IMG/VR virus record: IMGVR_UViG_3300048838_000199
Coordinates: 1 to 56,969 of that record
Reading direction: 5' to 3' (one strand)
Length of the DNA: 56,969 bases
DNA from: a virus
Lineage: Duplodnaviria > Caudoviricetes
Shown: positions 20,482 through 29,199 of the stretch, piece by piece
Numbering within the stretch: position 1 is the first letter of the stretch
How the letters are laid out: each line of letters begins with the position of its first letter
Notes under the pieces: generated by a model
What the model saw: only the letters and a program-made list of their open reading frames with translations
Told to the model about the DNA's origin: nothing
Databases searched by the model: none
Translations under genes and position numbers: made by a program

Positions 20482-20526
20482 GCACTGCATTATACAGCAC
20501 TGTGCAGCACGATGCAATACCAAAAC
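20482..20526 (-). promoter_or_regulatory. Class-I promoter TTGCAT-N17-TATAAT with operator, leaderless ATG
   Basis: TTTTGGTATTGCATCGTGCTGCACAGTGCTGTATAATGCAGTGCATG. Confidence 0.85.
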
Positions 20527-20553
20527 ATCATTTTGTTGGCGTCACCGATATGG

Positions 20554-20760
20554 TCAGACCTGGCGCGCCCACACGTAGCTCTTCGGTGAATCCAGAATGA
20601 TGGCCAGCAGCTGCTCGCCGCTTACGCCTGGGTGCCGCCGCTGATGCTCGGCCACCATGGACCTGATGGCCCCAGCCCTCGGCCCTTCGCACTTCAGGCT
20701 GTCGCCCTGGGCTTCCACCGTGCCCCACGTGTCTGCAACGTATCCCACTTCCAGCTTCAT
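20554..20760 (-). CDS. Small protein coupled to MuF; candidate immunity protein
   Basis: ATGA overlap with the MuF stop. Confidence 0.5.
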   Translation of the reverse strand: MKLEVGYVADTWGTVEAQGDSLKCEGPRAGAIRSMVAEHQRRHPGVSGEQLLAIILDSPKSYVWARQV

Positions 20761-22847
20761 CTGTAAAGGTCCCCCAGTTCCAAGTCGCCGGCATTATCTT
20801 CCAGCAGCTGCCGCAGCTTGTTGATGCGCTGTTCCAGTTCAGCCGTCACCAGGTACCGCTTGCCTGCCGCCTCGATGATCTTGTCCGCGTTGTCCACGAT
20901 GCGCTGGACCTTCGCCCGCGATAGGGTGAACTCCATTTTGTCGGCCCGCGCCTCGGCATCCATGTCGTTCTCGACCATGAAGTGGTAAGAGTCCAGCCGG
21001 CTTAGTGGCTGGAATGCCCTCTCGTGGTCGATCAGCAGCATGCGCCCGGTGGCCAGGTCGCCCAGGACGTTCTGCCCGTGTCGGTCGCCGTTGCCGATAA
21101 CGAAGTCAAACAGCACGATGTCCTCCCTGTCGCCCCTTGCGATGGCAGCCAGCACTTCGTGGGGTCGCTGATTGGTAACGTCCATCTTTTCGTACACCTG
21201 CGCGAACATGCTGTCTAGGCCGTCCTCAAACTTGGCCACGTAAACATCCTTCTGGCCCATGGCCTTGGCCACTTGCTTGCTGAATGCCTCGTAAGACTCT
21301 GGCAGCAGCCTGGCCACACCCATGTGTTCTGCTACCTCGGCAGCTGCGTATTCGCCCAGGCTGCCGCTTATGGTGGAATCCAGAATCTTCACGATGAACT
21401 TTTCGCCGGCAACCTCTGCCACGCCGGTGGTGTTTACGCCGCTTCTGCCATCTGCACCAAGTGGCCGCCATGCCTTGGCCACCTGCTCGGCTGTTGCCTT
21501 CGGGCCGTTGGGTGGTGGGGCTGGCTGCGCTGCCGTCGTCCTGGTCTGGATGGGCCTGCTGCGCGCCTTCGGTGGCTTCTGTGCAGGTGGGGCCGCTGGT
21601 GGCGCAGGTGCCGGTGCCGGGGCTGGTGGGGCTGGCCTCTGAACGATCGGCACCACGTTGGGCACCGCTGCCGCGTTGAATGCCCACACGGGCCGCCTGG
21701 TCGCTGCTATCGCTGCCCTGGCTTCCACGATGTCCTGCCTGGTGATGATGCCCCTGGCTTCCAGGCTGCGCATGCTGGCAGCTCGGCCAACCTGCCCCCA
21801 GTCGGGGTGCTGGTACTGTTCCACCATGTCGCCCAGCTGGAACTTGCCGCGCCGGTACAGTTCGCCCATCGTGTGGCTGCCGAACACTTCGTCCTGTTCC
21901 TCGGGTGACAGGTTGTACAGATACTGCGCGCCGGTAAAGGCTGGCTCTGGCGAGTAGGCCGTGCGTGGCAGGCTGGTGCATCGGCACTGGGGGTGCGTCG
22001 CCATGACCTCGTCGACACTGTGGACGCTGCCATCCATGGCCAGGCAATACGCGCATGTTCTCGGCCCTGGGAATGCCCGCCATTCCCACGATGCCACCAC
22101 GTCCACGTTGGCCTGATACGTCGCCCTCGATGATTCACGGTATGCCCGCAGGGGTTCAGTCCTGGCCACGCGCATCTGCTCGTACAGGGGCCGGTCCAGG
22201 ATCCCGCCGTGCTGGGTGTCGCGCTGCATCTTGGCTGCGATTTCTCGGGGGTTCGTGCCCTTGGCCAGGCCGTCCACCAGCCGCTGCTGGACCTGGCGCA
22301 CCAGCTCTGGCCCCATGTCCCTGAATGCCTTGGGGTGTGGGCCGCCTGGCCCGCTGAATGCGATAATCTGCGCCAGCGCACCCTCGGGCAGCTCGGCAAA
22401 CTGCCGGGGCACCACCAGACCATCATCGCGCACCCTGAACTTCAGCAGCTGCCCGGCATCTTGGCCGCCGGTGATGGCCTCGGCACTGGCGCGCTTGCGC
22501 ACGTGTTCCAGGCTTGTCTCGCTGTACTGGCCGATTTCGCCCTCGATCGTGGCCGCCAGCCTGTCCAGCCGGCCCACCCGATACAGCCAGGACGCGCTGT
22601 ACTCATTCGGGCCGAACTGCCCACCGTAGGGCAGCACCACCGGCACCTTGCCCTGGGCCTGGGCAGCTTCCACCCTTCGGACCATGGCGTCCAGCTCCCT
22701 GGTGATCTGGTCCCGCGCGATGATGTACCTGCGCACGAAGTCGTCCACCGTGGCCTGTTCCCTTGCCAGCAGCTGCTGCCGGTACTGGGCAGACGCCTGG
22801 TACACGTTTAGCTTGTTGGGTGCTGGAAGGTTGCCCGGTGCTGCCAT
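20757..22847 (-). CDS. MuF/SPP1 gp7 minor head protein with C-terminal PI3/4K-HipA-like kinase domain
   Basis: RVARTE, RTCAYC..DG..HPQCRC; Pro-rich linker; DFVIGNGDRHGQN..LIDHERAF. Confidence 0.85.
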   Translation of the reverse strand: MAAPGNLPAPNKLNVYQASAQYRQQLLAREQATVDDFVRRYIIARDQITRELDAMVRRVEAAQAQGKVPVVLPYGGQFGPNEYSASWLYRVGRLDRLAATIEGEIGQYSETSLEHVRKRASAEAITGGQDAGQLLKFRVRDDGLVVPRQFAELPEGALAQIIAFSGPGGPHPKAFRDMGPELVRQVQQRLVDGLAKGTNPREIAAKMQRDTQHGGILDRPLYEQMRVARTEPLRAYRESSRATYQANVDVVASWEWRAFPGPRTCAYCLAMDGSVHSVDEVMATHPQCRCTSLPRTAYSPEPAFTGAQYLYNLSPEEQDEVFGSHTMGELYRRGKFQLGDMVEQYQHPDWGQVGRAASMRSLEARGIITRQDIVEARAAIAATRRPVWAFNAAAVPNVVPIVQRPAPPAPAPAPAPPAAPPAQKPPKARSRPIQTRTTAAQPAPPPNGPKATAEQVAKAWRPLGADGRSGVNTTGVAEVAGEKFIVKILDSTISGSLGEYAAAEVAEHMGVARLLPESYEAFSKQVAKAMGQKDVYVAKFEDGLDSMFAQVYEKMDVTNQRPHEVLAAIARGDREDIVLFDFVIGNGDRHGQNVLGDLATGRMLLIDHERAFQPLSRLDSYHFMVENDMDAEARADKMEFTLSRAKVQRIVDNADKIIEAAGKRYLVTAELEQRINKLRQLLEDNAGDLELGDLYR

Positions 22848-22861
22848 GGGTGGATTATTCC

Positions 22862-23653
22862 TTAGAACTCCATCACGTTCTGCGCCAGTCGCTGCACGGC
22901 AGTCTGGCAGTGTTCGGGCCTGGCCTCGATCATGATGCACCGCCGGCCCTCGGCCTTACACGCCACCGCCGTGGCACCCGCGCCGCCAAACGGGTCGACA
23001 ATCAGGTCACCCTTGGACGACACCACACGCAGCAGCTTCTGCATCAGCGCGACAGGCTTGGGGCTTGGGTGGAACTCGTTGCTGTCCCTCGGGTTGTCCA
23101 GCACGTTGCCGGCTTCCTCGTGCTGCCATGGGCCTGGGTCTGGGGCCATCTTGATGATGTTGCCGGTGCCTCGGTCGTCTGGGTCGCACGTGCCCTGGCT
23201 GGCGTGCAGAATCAGCTCGTGCTGCGCTCTGAACCCGTTGCCCAGGCCCATGCTTAGCTTGTCCCACACCACCATGTTGTTCACGCGCAGGTTGCAGGTT
23301 TCGACTGCGCCCACCAGGTTCGGCCACTGCCGCCAGTCGATGAACGACAGCACGTTGCCGCTGTCCACCAGCGTCGGCCTGGCCAGCAGCAGCGTCTGCC
23401 GCATCAGCCAGATGAACCCTGTGGTGGTCATTTGGTCGTTCTCGATGGGCTTGCTGGCCCACCTCTGCCCGCGCAGCATGGCACCGCTGGTGGCCTTGGC
23501 CGCCTCAGTGCGCGCGCCCGACGCATAAGGTGGGTCTGTCACGATGGCCTGGACCTTGCCGGCCAGCTCGGGCACGATGGCTGCCAGCACCTGCAGCGTG
23601 TCGCCGCAGTAGATGGTGATGCCGGCAGCTTCGTCGTGGTGGTACGGGTTCAT
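22862..23653 (-). CDS. DNA methyltransferase (N6-A/N4-C, beta class)
   Basis: VTDPPY, HPSPKP, VDPFGGAGAT. Confidence 0.92.
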   Translation of the reverse strand: MNPYHHDEAAGITIYCGDTLQVLAAIVPELAGKVQAIVTDPPYASGARTEAAKATSGAMLRGQRWASKPIENDQMTTTGFIWLMRQTLLLARPTLVDSGNVLSFIDWRQWPNLVGAVETCNLRVNNMVVWDKLSMGLGNGFRAQHELILHASQGTCDPDDRGTGNIIKMAPDPGPWQHEEAGNVLDNPRDSNEFHPSPKPVALMQKLLRVVSSKGDLIVDPFGGAGATAVACKAEGRRCIMIEARPEHCQTAVQRLAQNVMEF

Positions 23654-23925
23654 GGTGCTGCATTATGACACGCCGATGCACGCCGCGCCCGTTTCCCATC
23701 CTCGGCCACCTCGATGCCCACCGCATACTTCTGCAGCAGGGTGGCCTGCCACTTCTTGACGGGCTGCCACTCGGTGCCGATCTTCGCCGCCAGCTGCTCG
23801 GCTGCGCGCTGGCCCTGCGCTTCCCTGGCCGCTGTGCAGCTTGCATGCTCGGCCAGCTTGCCGTTCTGAATCACCGGCCCCTTGCTGTCGTCGGCAGGCT
23901 TGCCGCACCACGCGCAGCGCATCAC
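23650..23925 (-). CDS. Hypothetical protein (CAWC)
   Basis: Overlapping start and stop with neighbours. Confidence 0.55.
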   Translation of the reverse strand: MMRCAWCGKPADDSKGPVIQNGKLAEHASCTAAREAQGQRAAEQLAAKIGTEWQPVKKWQATLLQKYAVGIEVAEDGKRARRASACHNAAP

Positions 23926-24299
23926 TTCGCTAGGTCCCGCAGCTTGGCCGCCGCTTGGTCCAGGGCCTCGGCAGCTGCGATGGCCTTGGCTGCCACGTCG
24001 CCCTTGGTGGCCGACTTCGCCGGCTGTGCCTCGGCTGCCTCTGCCTTGGCCTTGGGCACCCGCAGCGATATGGGCCGCTGGCACTTGGGGCACACGAACC
24101 CGCGCAGCTCGGTGGGGGCATCCTTGCCGGCCAGGTCGCTATCGAGCAGCTGCTGCGCCCAGTCCAGCACTTGCTTGCGCGTGGCCTTCTGCTTCTTGCC
24201 AGTCAAACGTTGGCCAAGGGCCAGCAGCTGGGCATCGTCCAGAACGATCTTCATGGTTGTGGTCATGTGGTTGTCCTCGGCCACCAAAACGGTGGCCAC
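23922..24299 (-). CDS. Hypothetical protein (CPKC)
   Basis: Promoter with operator (24319-24329) immediately upstream. Confidence 0.65.
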   Translation of the reverse strand: MATVLVAEDNHMTTTMKIVLDDAQLLALGQRLTGKKQKATRKQVLDWAQQLLDSDLAGKDAPTELRGFVCPKCQRPISLRVPKAKAEAAEAQPAKSATKGDVAAKAIAAAEALDQAAAKLRDLAK

Positions 24300-24337
24300 A
24301 CCCTAGTTATACCACAATCATGCAGCATGATGCAGTT

Positions 24338-26116
24338 CTATTCTGTGGGGTTCTGGTCTGCCGGTGGCTGGTCCTGCGGATTCAGTGCCCTGTCGCGCGC
24401 TTGCGCAGCCGATGCCCTCAGCTGCTGGTTCGAGTCGTGGTTGGCCTTCAGCTGCGCCAGCTGCTCGGGGGTGACAGTCAGGCCGGCCCGCTGCATCAGC
24501 GTCGCCACCTGCTCGGGCAGCAGCTCGATGCCCAAGGCCGCCAGGTCGTCCAGGCCGACGGGGTTGCTGGGCTTTTCGCCAACGATGCGCTGGAACTCTG
24601 CGTCGGGGTCGTCCACACCCAGCAGCACCATGGCCGTCTCCCTGGCCCGCAGGCCCTTCTCGTACTGGGTGGTGATGGCTTCACGCTCGGCATCGGTCAG
24701 GGGGCCGCTGTTCACGTTCGCCTGGACGGTGGGCCGCAGGTTGTCGTACTTCGTCGCGCTGCCACTGAACAGCGCGCCGAGTTTGGCCAGCACAGCCAGC
24801 AGCCACCTGTACGCACCCTCGGCAGCCACCGTGGTGTCGCGCAGGCTTAACTCGAAGCCAGCGCGCAGGTGTACCCTCGATGCGCCCGATATGCTGCCAT
24901 CACCCTGGGCCAGCAGGTGCCCCTGCTTCGTTTCCATGTACATGGCCGCCCGATACTCGGCCAGCGTCGCCGTGTACGCCTCGGGGCTGCTCGGGTCCCT
25001 AAACCATGGCTTGGGTTCGGTGTATCCGGTGATCTTGCCGTCGTCGTCGCGCACCGGCTGGCCAGTCAGGTAAACCGTCGCGCCTGGGCCGCCTGGGTAC
25101 TTGTCCAGGGCCTTGAACACCTTGCCGCCCTTGCCGTCGTCCTCATACGTGCCCGGCAGCTGCGCGTTGGTGATGATGCGTTCCATAAATCCCGCGTTGG
25201 CGTTGTTGTTGCCCATGGCCGTCAGCGCGAAGTTCAGGCCGCGCTGCAGCTGCATCAGCTGGTCCGTCACGATCGGCTTGCCGTCCATGGTGTGCATCAG
25301 CAGCAGACCGCCCAGGTCCAGCTCTAACGGGGTCGACTCGGTCGTGCCCGTCCAGCTGCGCAGCACCGTCTTGGACTTCCTGCCGTTGCGCTCGGTGAAC
25401 TGCAGCTCCAGCCTGTCGACTGTCTGCTGGCCACCGCCCTGCTGGACCTTCTCAGACCACAGCACGTACGCACCCTGCGCCATGGTGTTCTTGTCGCACG
25501 CCGTGCCGCCCTTGTCGGGGTCCACCTTCTCGATGTACACCAGGTCCAGGGCCGCCTCCAGGTCCAGGCCGCTGGGGATGCCGCCCGATTCCAGCAGGCC
25601 GGGTGGAATGAACAGCCGCACGCTGCCCTTGCCCGTGGTGGCATAGTCGGCAGCTGCTTGCTGAATGAACTGGTGCGCGTTGCGCTTGTCTACCCAGTTC
25701 GTGATGGCCGCCTCGATCTCGGTAACCTCGGGGGCCTTGGCCGGCTTCTTGGCTTCCTTGCCAGGCTCTGGCACCTCGGGGCCTTCCTCGGCACCCTCTG
25801 GCGCGTTCAGGGGCACGAACTGCCAGCCAGGGGGCCGGCCCATCACCGCAGACACGTGCCGGTCCACAACCTCGGCCAGGACGTTGCTGCTGGTGAATGC
25901 CTTCTCTACCTTCAGCATGAACGCAGTAACATCTGCCGCCTTCGTGGTCAGTGGGTCAGGACTCGGCCCGCCCCAGCCAAGGCCGCCCTGCCAGTGGTCG
26001 CCCTGGTAGTACAGCAGGGCCTTCTTGCCCATGTCAGACAGCTGGCCGCCGGCTGCTGCCTTCACCGTGTTGATGTCCCACTGCCTGAATGGGGTGCCCG
26101 TCAGATACTGCGCCAT
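24338..26116 (-). CDS. Portal protein
   Basis: About 590 aa; LLYYQGDHW, SNVLAEVVD, RETAMVLLGVDDPDAEFQRI; upstream of MuF. Confidence 0.85.
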   Translation of the reverse strand: MAQYLTGTPFRQWDINTVKAAAGGQLSDMGKKALLYYQGDHWQGGLGWGGPSPDPLTTKAADVTAFMLKVEKAFTSSNVLAEVVDRHVSAVMGRPPGWQFVPLNAPEGAEEGPEVPEPGKEAKKPAKAPEVTEIEAAITNWVDKRNAHQFIQQAAADYATTGKGSVRLFIPPGLLESGGIPSGLDLEAALDLVYIEKVDPDKGGTACDKNTMAQGAYVLWSEKVQQGGGQQTVDRLELQFTERNGRKSKTVLRSWTGTTESTPLELDLGGLLLMHTMDGKPIVTDQLMQLQRGLNFALTAMGNNNANAGFMERIITNAQLPGTYEDDGKGGKVFKALDKYPGGPGATVYLTGQPVRDDDGKITGYTEPKPWFRDPSSPEAYTATLAEYRAAMYMETKQGHLLAQGDGSISGASRVHLRAGFELSLRDTTVAAEGAYRWLLAVLAKLGALFSGSATKYDNLRPTVQANVNSGPLTDAEREAITTQYEKGLRARETAMVLLGVDDPDAEFQRIVGEKPSNPVGLDDLAALGIELLPEQVATLMQRAGLTVTPEQLAQLKANHDSNQQLRASAAQARDRALNPQDQPPADQNPTE

Positions 26117-26135
26117 GCACCGATTATGGCGCAAC

Positions 26136-26169
26136 AAAACGGGGCAGCCAGTCCATGCCAGCTGCCCCT
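26136..26169 (-). terminator. Intrinsic terminator
   Basis: GGGGCAGC...GCTGCCCC-GTTTT. Confidence 0.65.
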
Positions 26170-26186
26170 GATTCGATGCCTGGCCG

Positions 26187-26555
26187 TTAGGCCATCGGGG
26201 GTACGTCGTATTCCAGCATGAACTCGCGCATGATGCGCGCCACCTGCGACAGCAGCCCGCTGATGGTGGTGGCTGCCGTGTGGCCCAGTTCCTCGATGGC
26301 CGTGGCCAGGACGTTGGCGCGCTGGTCCAGGTTGTTGCCGCCGGCCTTCAGGATGTCGGCATCCTGCCAGCTCTGGCCCTTGCCGCCCCAGGCCACGCCG
26401 AAGGTCGCACGGTCGTCGCCCATGACCTTGAAGTACACGCTGCCGCTTTTGCCTTGCTCGGTGATGAACGCCAGGGGCAGCTGCTGAATGGCGCGCGTCA
26501 GCTGCTCGGCTGTCAGGTCGTTGGTGATGATTCGGGTGGCTGTTGTGGTAACCAT
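26187..26555 (-). CDS. Hypothetical protein (leaderless, MVTTTAT)
   Basis: Class-I promoter directly upstream. Confidence 0.7.
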   Translation of the reverse strand: MVTTTATRIITNDLTAEQLTRAIQQLPLAFITEQGKSGSVYFKVMGDDRATFGVAWGGKGQSWQDADILKAGGNNLDQRANVLATAIEELGHTAATTISGLLSQVARIMREFMLEYDVPPMA

Positions 26556-26642
26556 GCCAGTGTTATACCACACCGTGCAGCACGATGCAATACCAAAACA
26601 CAGAAAAGGCAGGGGGCTGCCACAACACAGCACACCCTGCCC
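26556..26642 (-). promoter_or_regulatory. Terminator plus class-I promoter/operator cassette
   Basis: GGCAGGG..CCCTGCC-TTTT then TTTTGGTATTGCATCGTGCTGCACGGTGTGGTATAAC. Confidence 0.85.
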
Positions 26643-26654
26643 GGATAGAAGATT

Positions 26655-27017
26655 TTACTGCAGGCCGTGGACTTCCACGACGTCGTACTGGCCACGCAGG
26701 AACATCTGCCGATCGCGCTGGCAGCCGTCGCACACCAGGACGGTGTGGCACCTGGCACCGATGTATGTGGCTGCGTCGCTGTACGCTACCAGCTCGGTCG
26801 TGGCGTCCTCGATCTGGCACACCTCGCAGCAGTCGGGTACCTTGGGTGCGCACTGGCACTGCAGCCAGCACAGGCCGGCCAGGGCACCCGCGCCCGCCAG
26901 GTACCACCACCCTGCTGGGTCGTTGGGTTCAGTGGCGAAGGCCGCCAACATCAGCACCAACGCGCCAGCGAACGACAGCACGGCAGCCCGTGCGAACCAG
27001 ATGCGCGCGCTGTTCAT
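26655..27017 (-). CDS. Membrane protein with Zn-finger
   Basis: Two hydrophobic segments; CEVC and CDGC. Confidence 0.6.
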   Translation of the reverse strand: MNSARIWFARAAVLSFAGALVLMLAAFATEPNDPAGWWYLAGAGALAGLCWLQCQCAPKVPDCCEVCQIEDATTELVAYSDAATYIGARCHTVLVCDGCQRDRQMFLRGQYDVVEVHGLQ

Positions 27018-27454
27018 CGGTCGCCACCAGGCCCTTCCAGAACGCCGGCCACAGCCGCCTCTTCTGGGTCGTAAGGCTTCACCACCAGGCTGGTGCCTTC
27101 CAGCAGCTCGGGCCGGCCCTGCACAGCCGCGAACAGCGCAGCGCGTGCGTCCTCGATGAACTCAAACGCAGCCCACTCGGTAGTCAGCCACCCCTCTGCG
27201 TTCATGCTTACACCGTGTGGGTGGGAATCCACCAGCACCAGGAACTGGGCCAGCGCGATGGCCATGGCCGAGTTCTGCGCGTCGTGCTTCTGCTTCCTGG
27301 CCAGCGTGGGGCCAGGCTGCCCGGTGCCGCTGCACTGCTGGCTGCCCGACTGGTGGGGCATCATCTTGCCGGTGGCGTCCACCGTGGCCTTGCGATGGCA
27401 CACGGGGCACCGTTCCTGCTGGCCTGGTATCTGCCGCATGTATGGCTGCCTCAC
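27014..27454 (-). CDS. Hypothetical protein
   Basis: GTGA overlap; CPVC..H..C. Confidence 0.55.
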   Translation of the reverse strand: MRQPYMRQIPGQQERCPVCHRKATVDATGKMMPHQSGSQQCSGTGQPGPTLARKQKHDAQNSAMAIALAQFLVLVDSHPHGVSMNAEGWLTTEWAAFEFIEDARAALFAAVQGRPELLEGTSLVVKPYDPEEAAVAGVLEGPGGDR

Positions 27455-28716
27455 TTGGACACCCCCAACACCGCCATGCCCAGCCGCCCGGCAATACCGT
27501 CCAGGGCATTCTCGAACGACAGGCTGGCATCGTGCGCGCCACTCATGAAGTGGGCCAGCTCGTGCAGGTACGTGCGCACCAGTTCCTGCTTGTTGCCTTC
27601 CAGGAACAGCTGGGCCGACAGCCACAGCACCATGTCGTCCAGGGCAGCCAGGCCCTTCAGTTCATCGGCCCGCACCTCGAATACCCGCACCGTCACCTTG
27701 GGGGCTGCGATGATCTTGTCCAGCTTGCGCAGCTCGGCCAGCTGCTTCCTGTACTTGCCGATCGGCAGGGCCTTCAGGTCGTACTGCGTGCTGGACACCG
27801 TGGCCGACGACGGCACGCCGGCCTTCAGCAGCGCACCGCGCAGGTCCCTGCTGTCCACTACCACCGGGGTGTATCCCTTGCGCGCTGCCACCTGGTCCAC
27901 TTCGCCGCCCATGGCCACCACCGCACGGTCGCCGTGCTTGTCCTCGAATGCCTGGGCCAGCGATTCCTTCAGCTGGTTGTCGACGTGGTAATCGCCGCAT
28001 GCGTCGGCCTCGATCGTTTCAGCGTGGCACAGCAGCTGCCTGGCGATGTCCACCGTGGCGTTGTCGCGCAGCCACTTGCCGATGGCCCAACCGACTTCAA
28101 ACTCTGACACCGTGGCCCTGTCCCTGTTCAGCGTCACACCTTCGCCGCTGATGTTCCAGTCCCAGATGGCCGTGCCCTTCATGGTCGTGATGTACACACC
28201 CTGAATGTAGACGCGCATGCCCTCTGCCTCTGCCCTCGGCATCGGCCCGATGGGGCACGCCGGCAGGATCCTGCCTTCCAACGCCCTGGCCACGTCCTGC
28301 ATGACCACGCTGGCCGTGAACCCTTCGCCGTTCTGTTCCTTGGTCACCTTGGCGTGCAGTGTTTCGGTGCCCATCACCTTCCTGAACAGGAACTCGATGG
28401 TGCTGTCTGGTGTGCGCAGCACGATCGTGCCGCCGGCACGGGTGGCTGCCAGTGCTGCCATCTTCGCGCCTTCACCGAACTGGCCGATGGTGGGGCCGCC
28501 TGGCCGCTTGGTGCCGTGGCCGACGATCAGCAGCTCGGCCAGCTCGGGCACCGTGTTCGTGCTGATGGTGATGGTGTCGCTGCCCTCGGCCTCGATGCGC
28601 ATGCCCTCGGGGTCTGCGTCGATGGCGTTGCATGCCAGTTCTCGTGCCACTTCCCACGCGCCCCAGTTGGGCACGTACGTCGGGGCCAGGTTCAGGTTGA
28701 TGTACTTGGGTTTCAT
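27451..28716 (-). CDS. GHKL (HATPase_c) ATPase with C-terminal HExxH motif
   Basis: RELACNAIDA, GTK..IGQFGEGAK, LHELAH. Confidence 0.85.
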   Translation of the reverse strand: MKPKYINLNLAPTYVPNWGAWEVARELACNAIDADPEGMRIEAEGSDTITISTNTVPELAELLIVGHGTKRPGGPTIGQFGEGAKMAALAATRAGGTIVLRTPDSTIEFLFRKVMGTETLHAKVTKEQNGEGFTASVVMQDVARALEGRILPACPIGPMPRAEAEGMRVYIQGVYITTMKGTAIWDWNISGEGVTLNRDRATVSEFEVGWAIGKWLRDNATVDIARQLLCHAETIEADACGDYHVDNQLKESLAQAFEDKHGDRAVVAMGGEVDQVAARKGYTPVVVDSRDLRGALLKAGVPSSATVSSTQYDLKALPIGKYRKQLAELRKLDKIIAAPKVTVRVFEVRADELKGLAALDDMVLWLSAQLFLEGNKQELVRTYLHELAHFMSGAHDASLSFENALDGIAGRLGMAVLGVSK

Positions 28717-28758
28717 GTTGTGGTTTCCTCGGTTCTGCGTCGTGGGCCGCGCCCCCAT

Positions 28759-29109
28759 TTACAGGGACACCGCCAGGCCGGTCACGGACTCGATCGTGCT
28801 GCGCAGCTGGTCTGCATACAGCCCGTCCAGTTCCTCGATGATGCGCACGTCCATGCCGCGAACCTTTAGGAAGGTCATGGTGTACGTGTCGCTGGGGTTC
28901 AGCGTCACCTTGATGATGCTTACCCGTCGGCAGCCCTTGATTCTGAAGCGAAGGAACGGGCCAGCCCCTTCCTTGGTGTCCAGCCCATACACGAACTCGT
29001 GCGCGCCGATCATGGCGCAGGCTTGTCTGCCGATCTGCTGCACTCTGATGGTTTCAGCGATCTGCTGCAGCTCAAAATCCGAATAGTGGCGTGGTGTTGT
29101 GGTTGCCAT
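28759..29109 (-). CDS. Hypothetical phage protein (leaderless, MATTTP)
   Basis: Class-I promoter directly upstream. Confidence 0.7.
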   Translation of the reverse strand: MATTTPRHYSDFELQQIAETIRVQQIGRQACAMIGAHEFVYGLDTKEGAGPFLRFRIKGCRRVSIIKVTLNPSDTYTMTFLKVRGMDVRIIEELDGLYADQLRSTIESVTGLAVSL

Positions 29110-29190
29110 GTCAGTGTTATACCACAGCGTGCTGCATGATGCAATACCAAAACGCAAAATAATCAGGGGCCGGTTCACCCAGCCCCTGCG
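29110..29190 (-). promoter_or_regulatory. Terminator plus class-I promoter/operator cassette
   Basis: CAGGGGC..GCCCCTG-ATTATTTT then TTTTGGTATTGCATCATGCAGCACGCTGTGGTATAAC. Confidence 0.85.
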
Positions 29191-29199
29191 TCGTCGGCC

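Noticed and set aside
22862-23653. Complete restriction-modification system
   Set aside because: No adjacent restriction endonuclease; looks like an orphan phage methyltransferase
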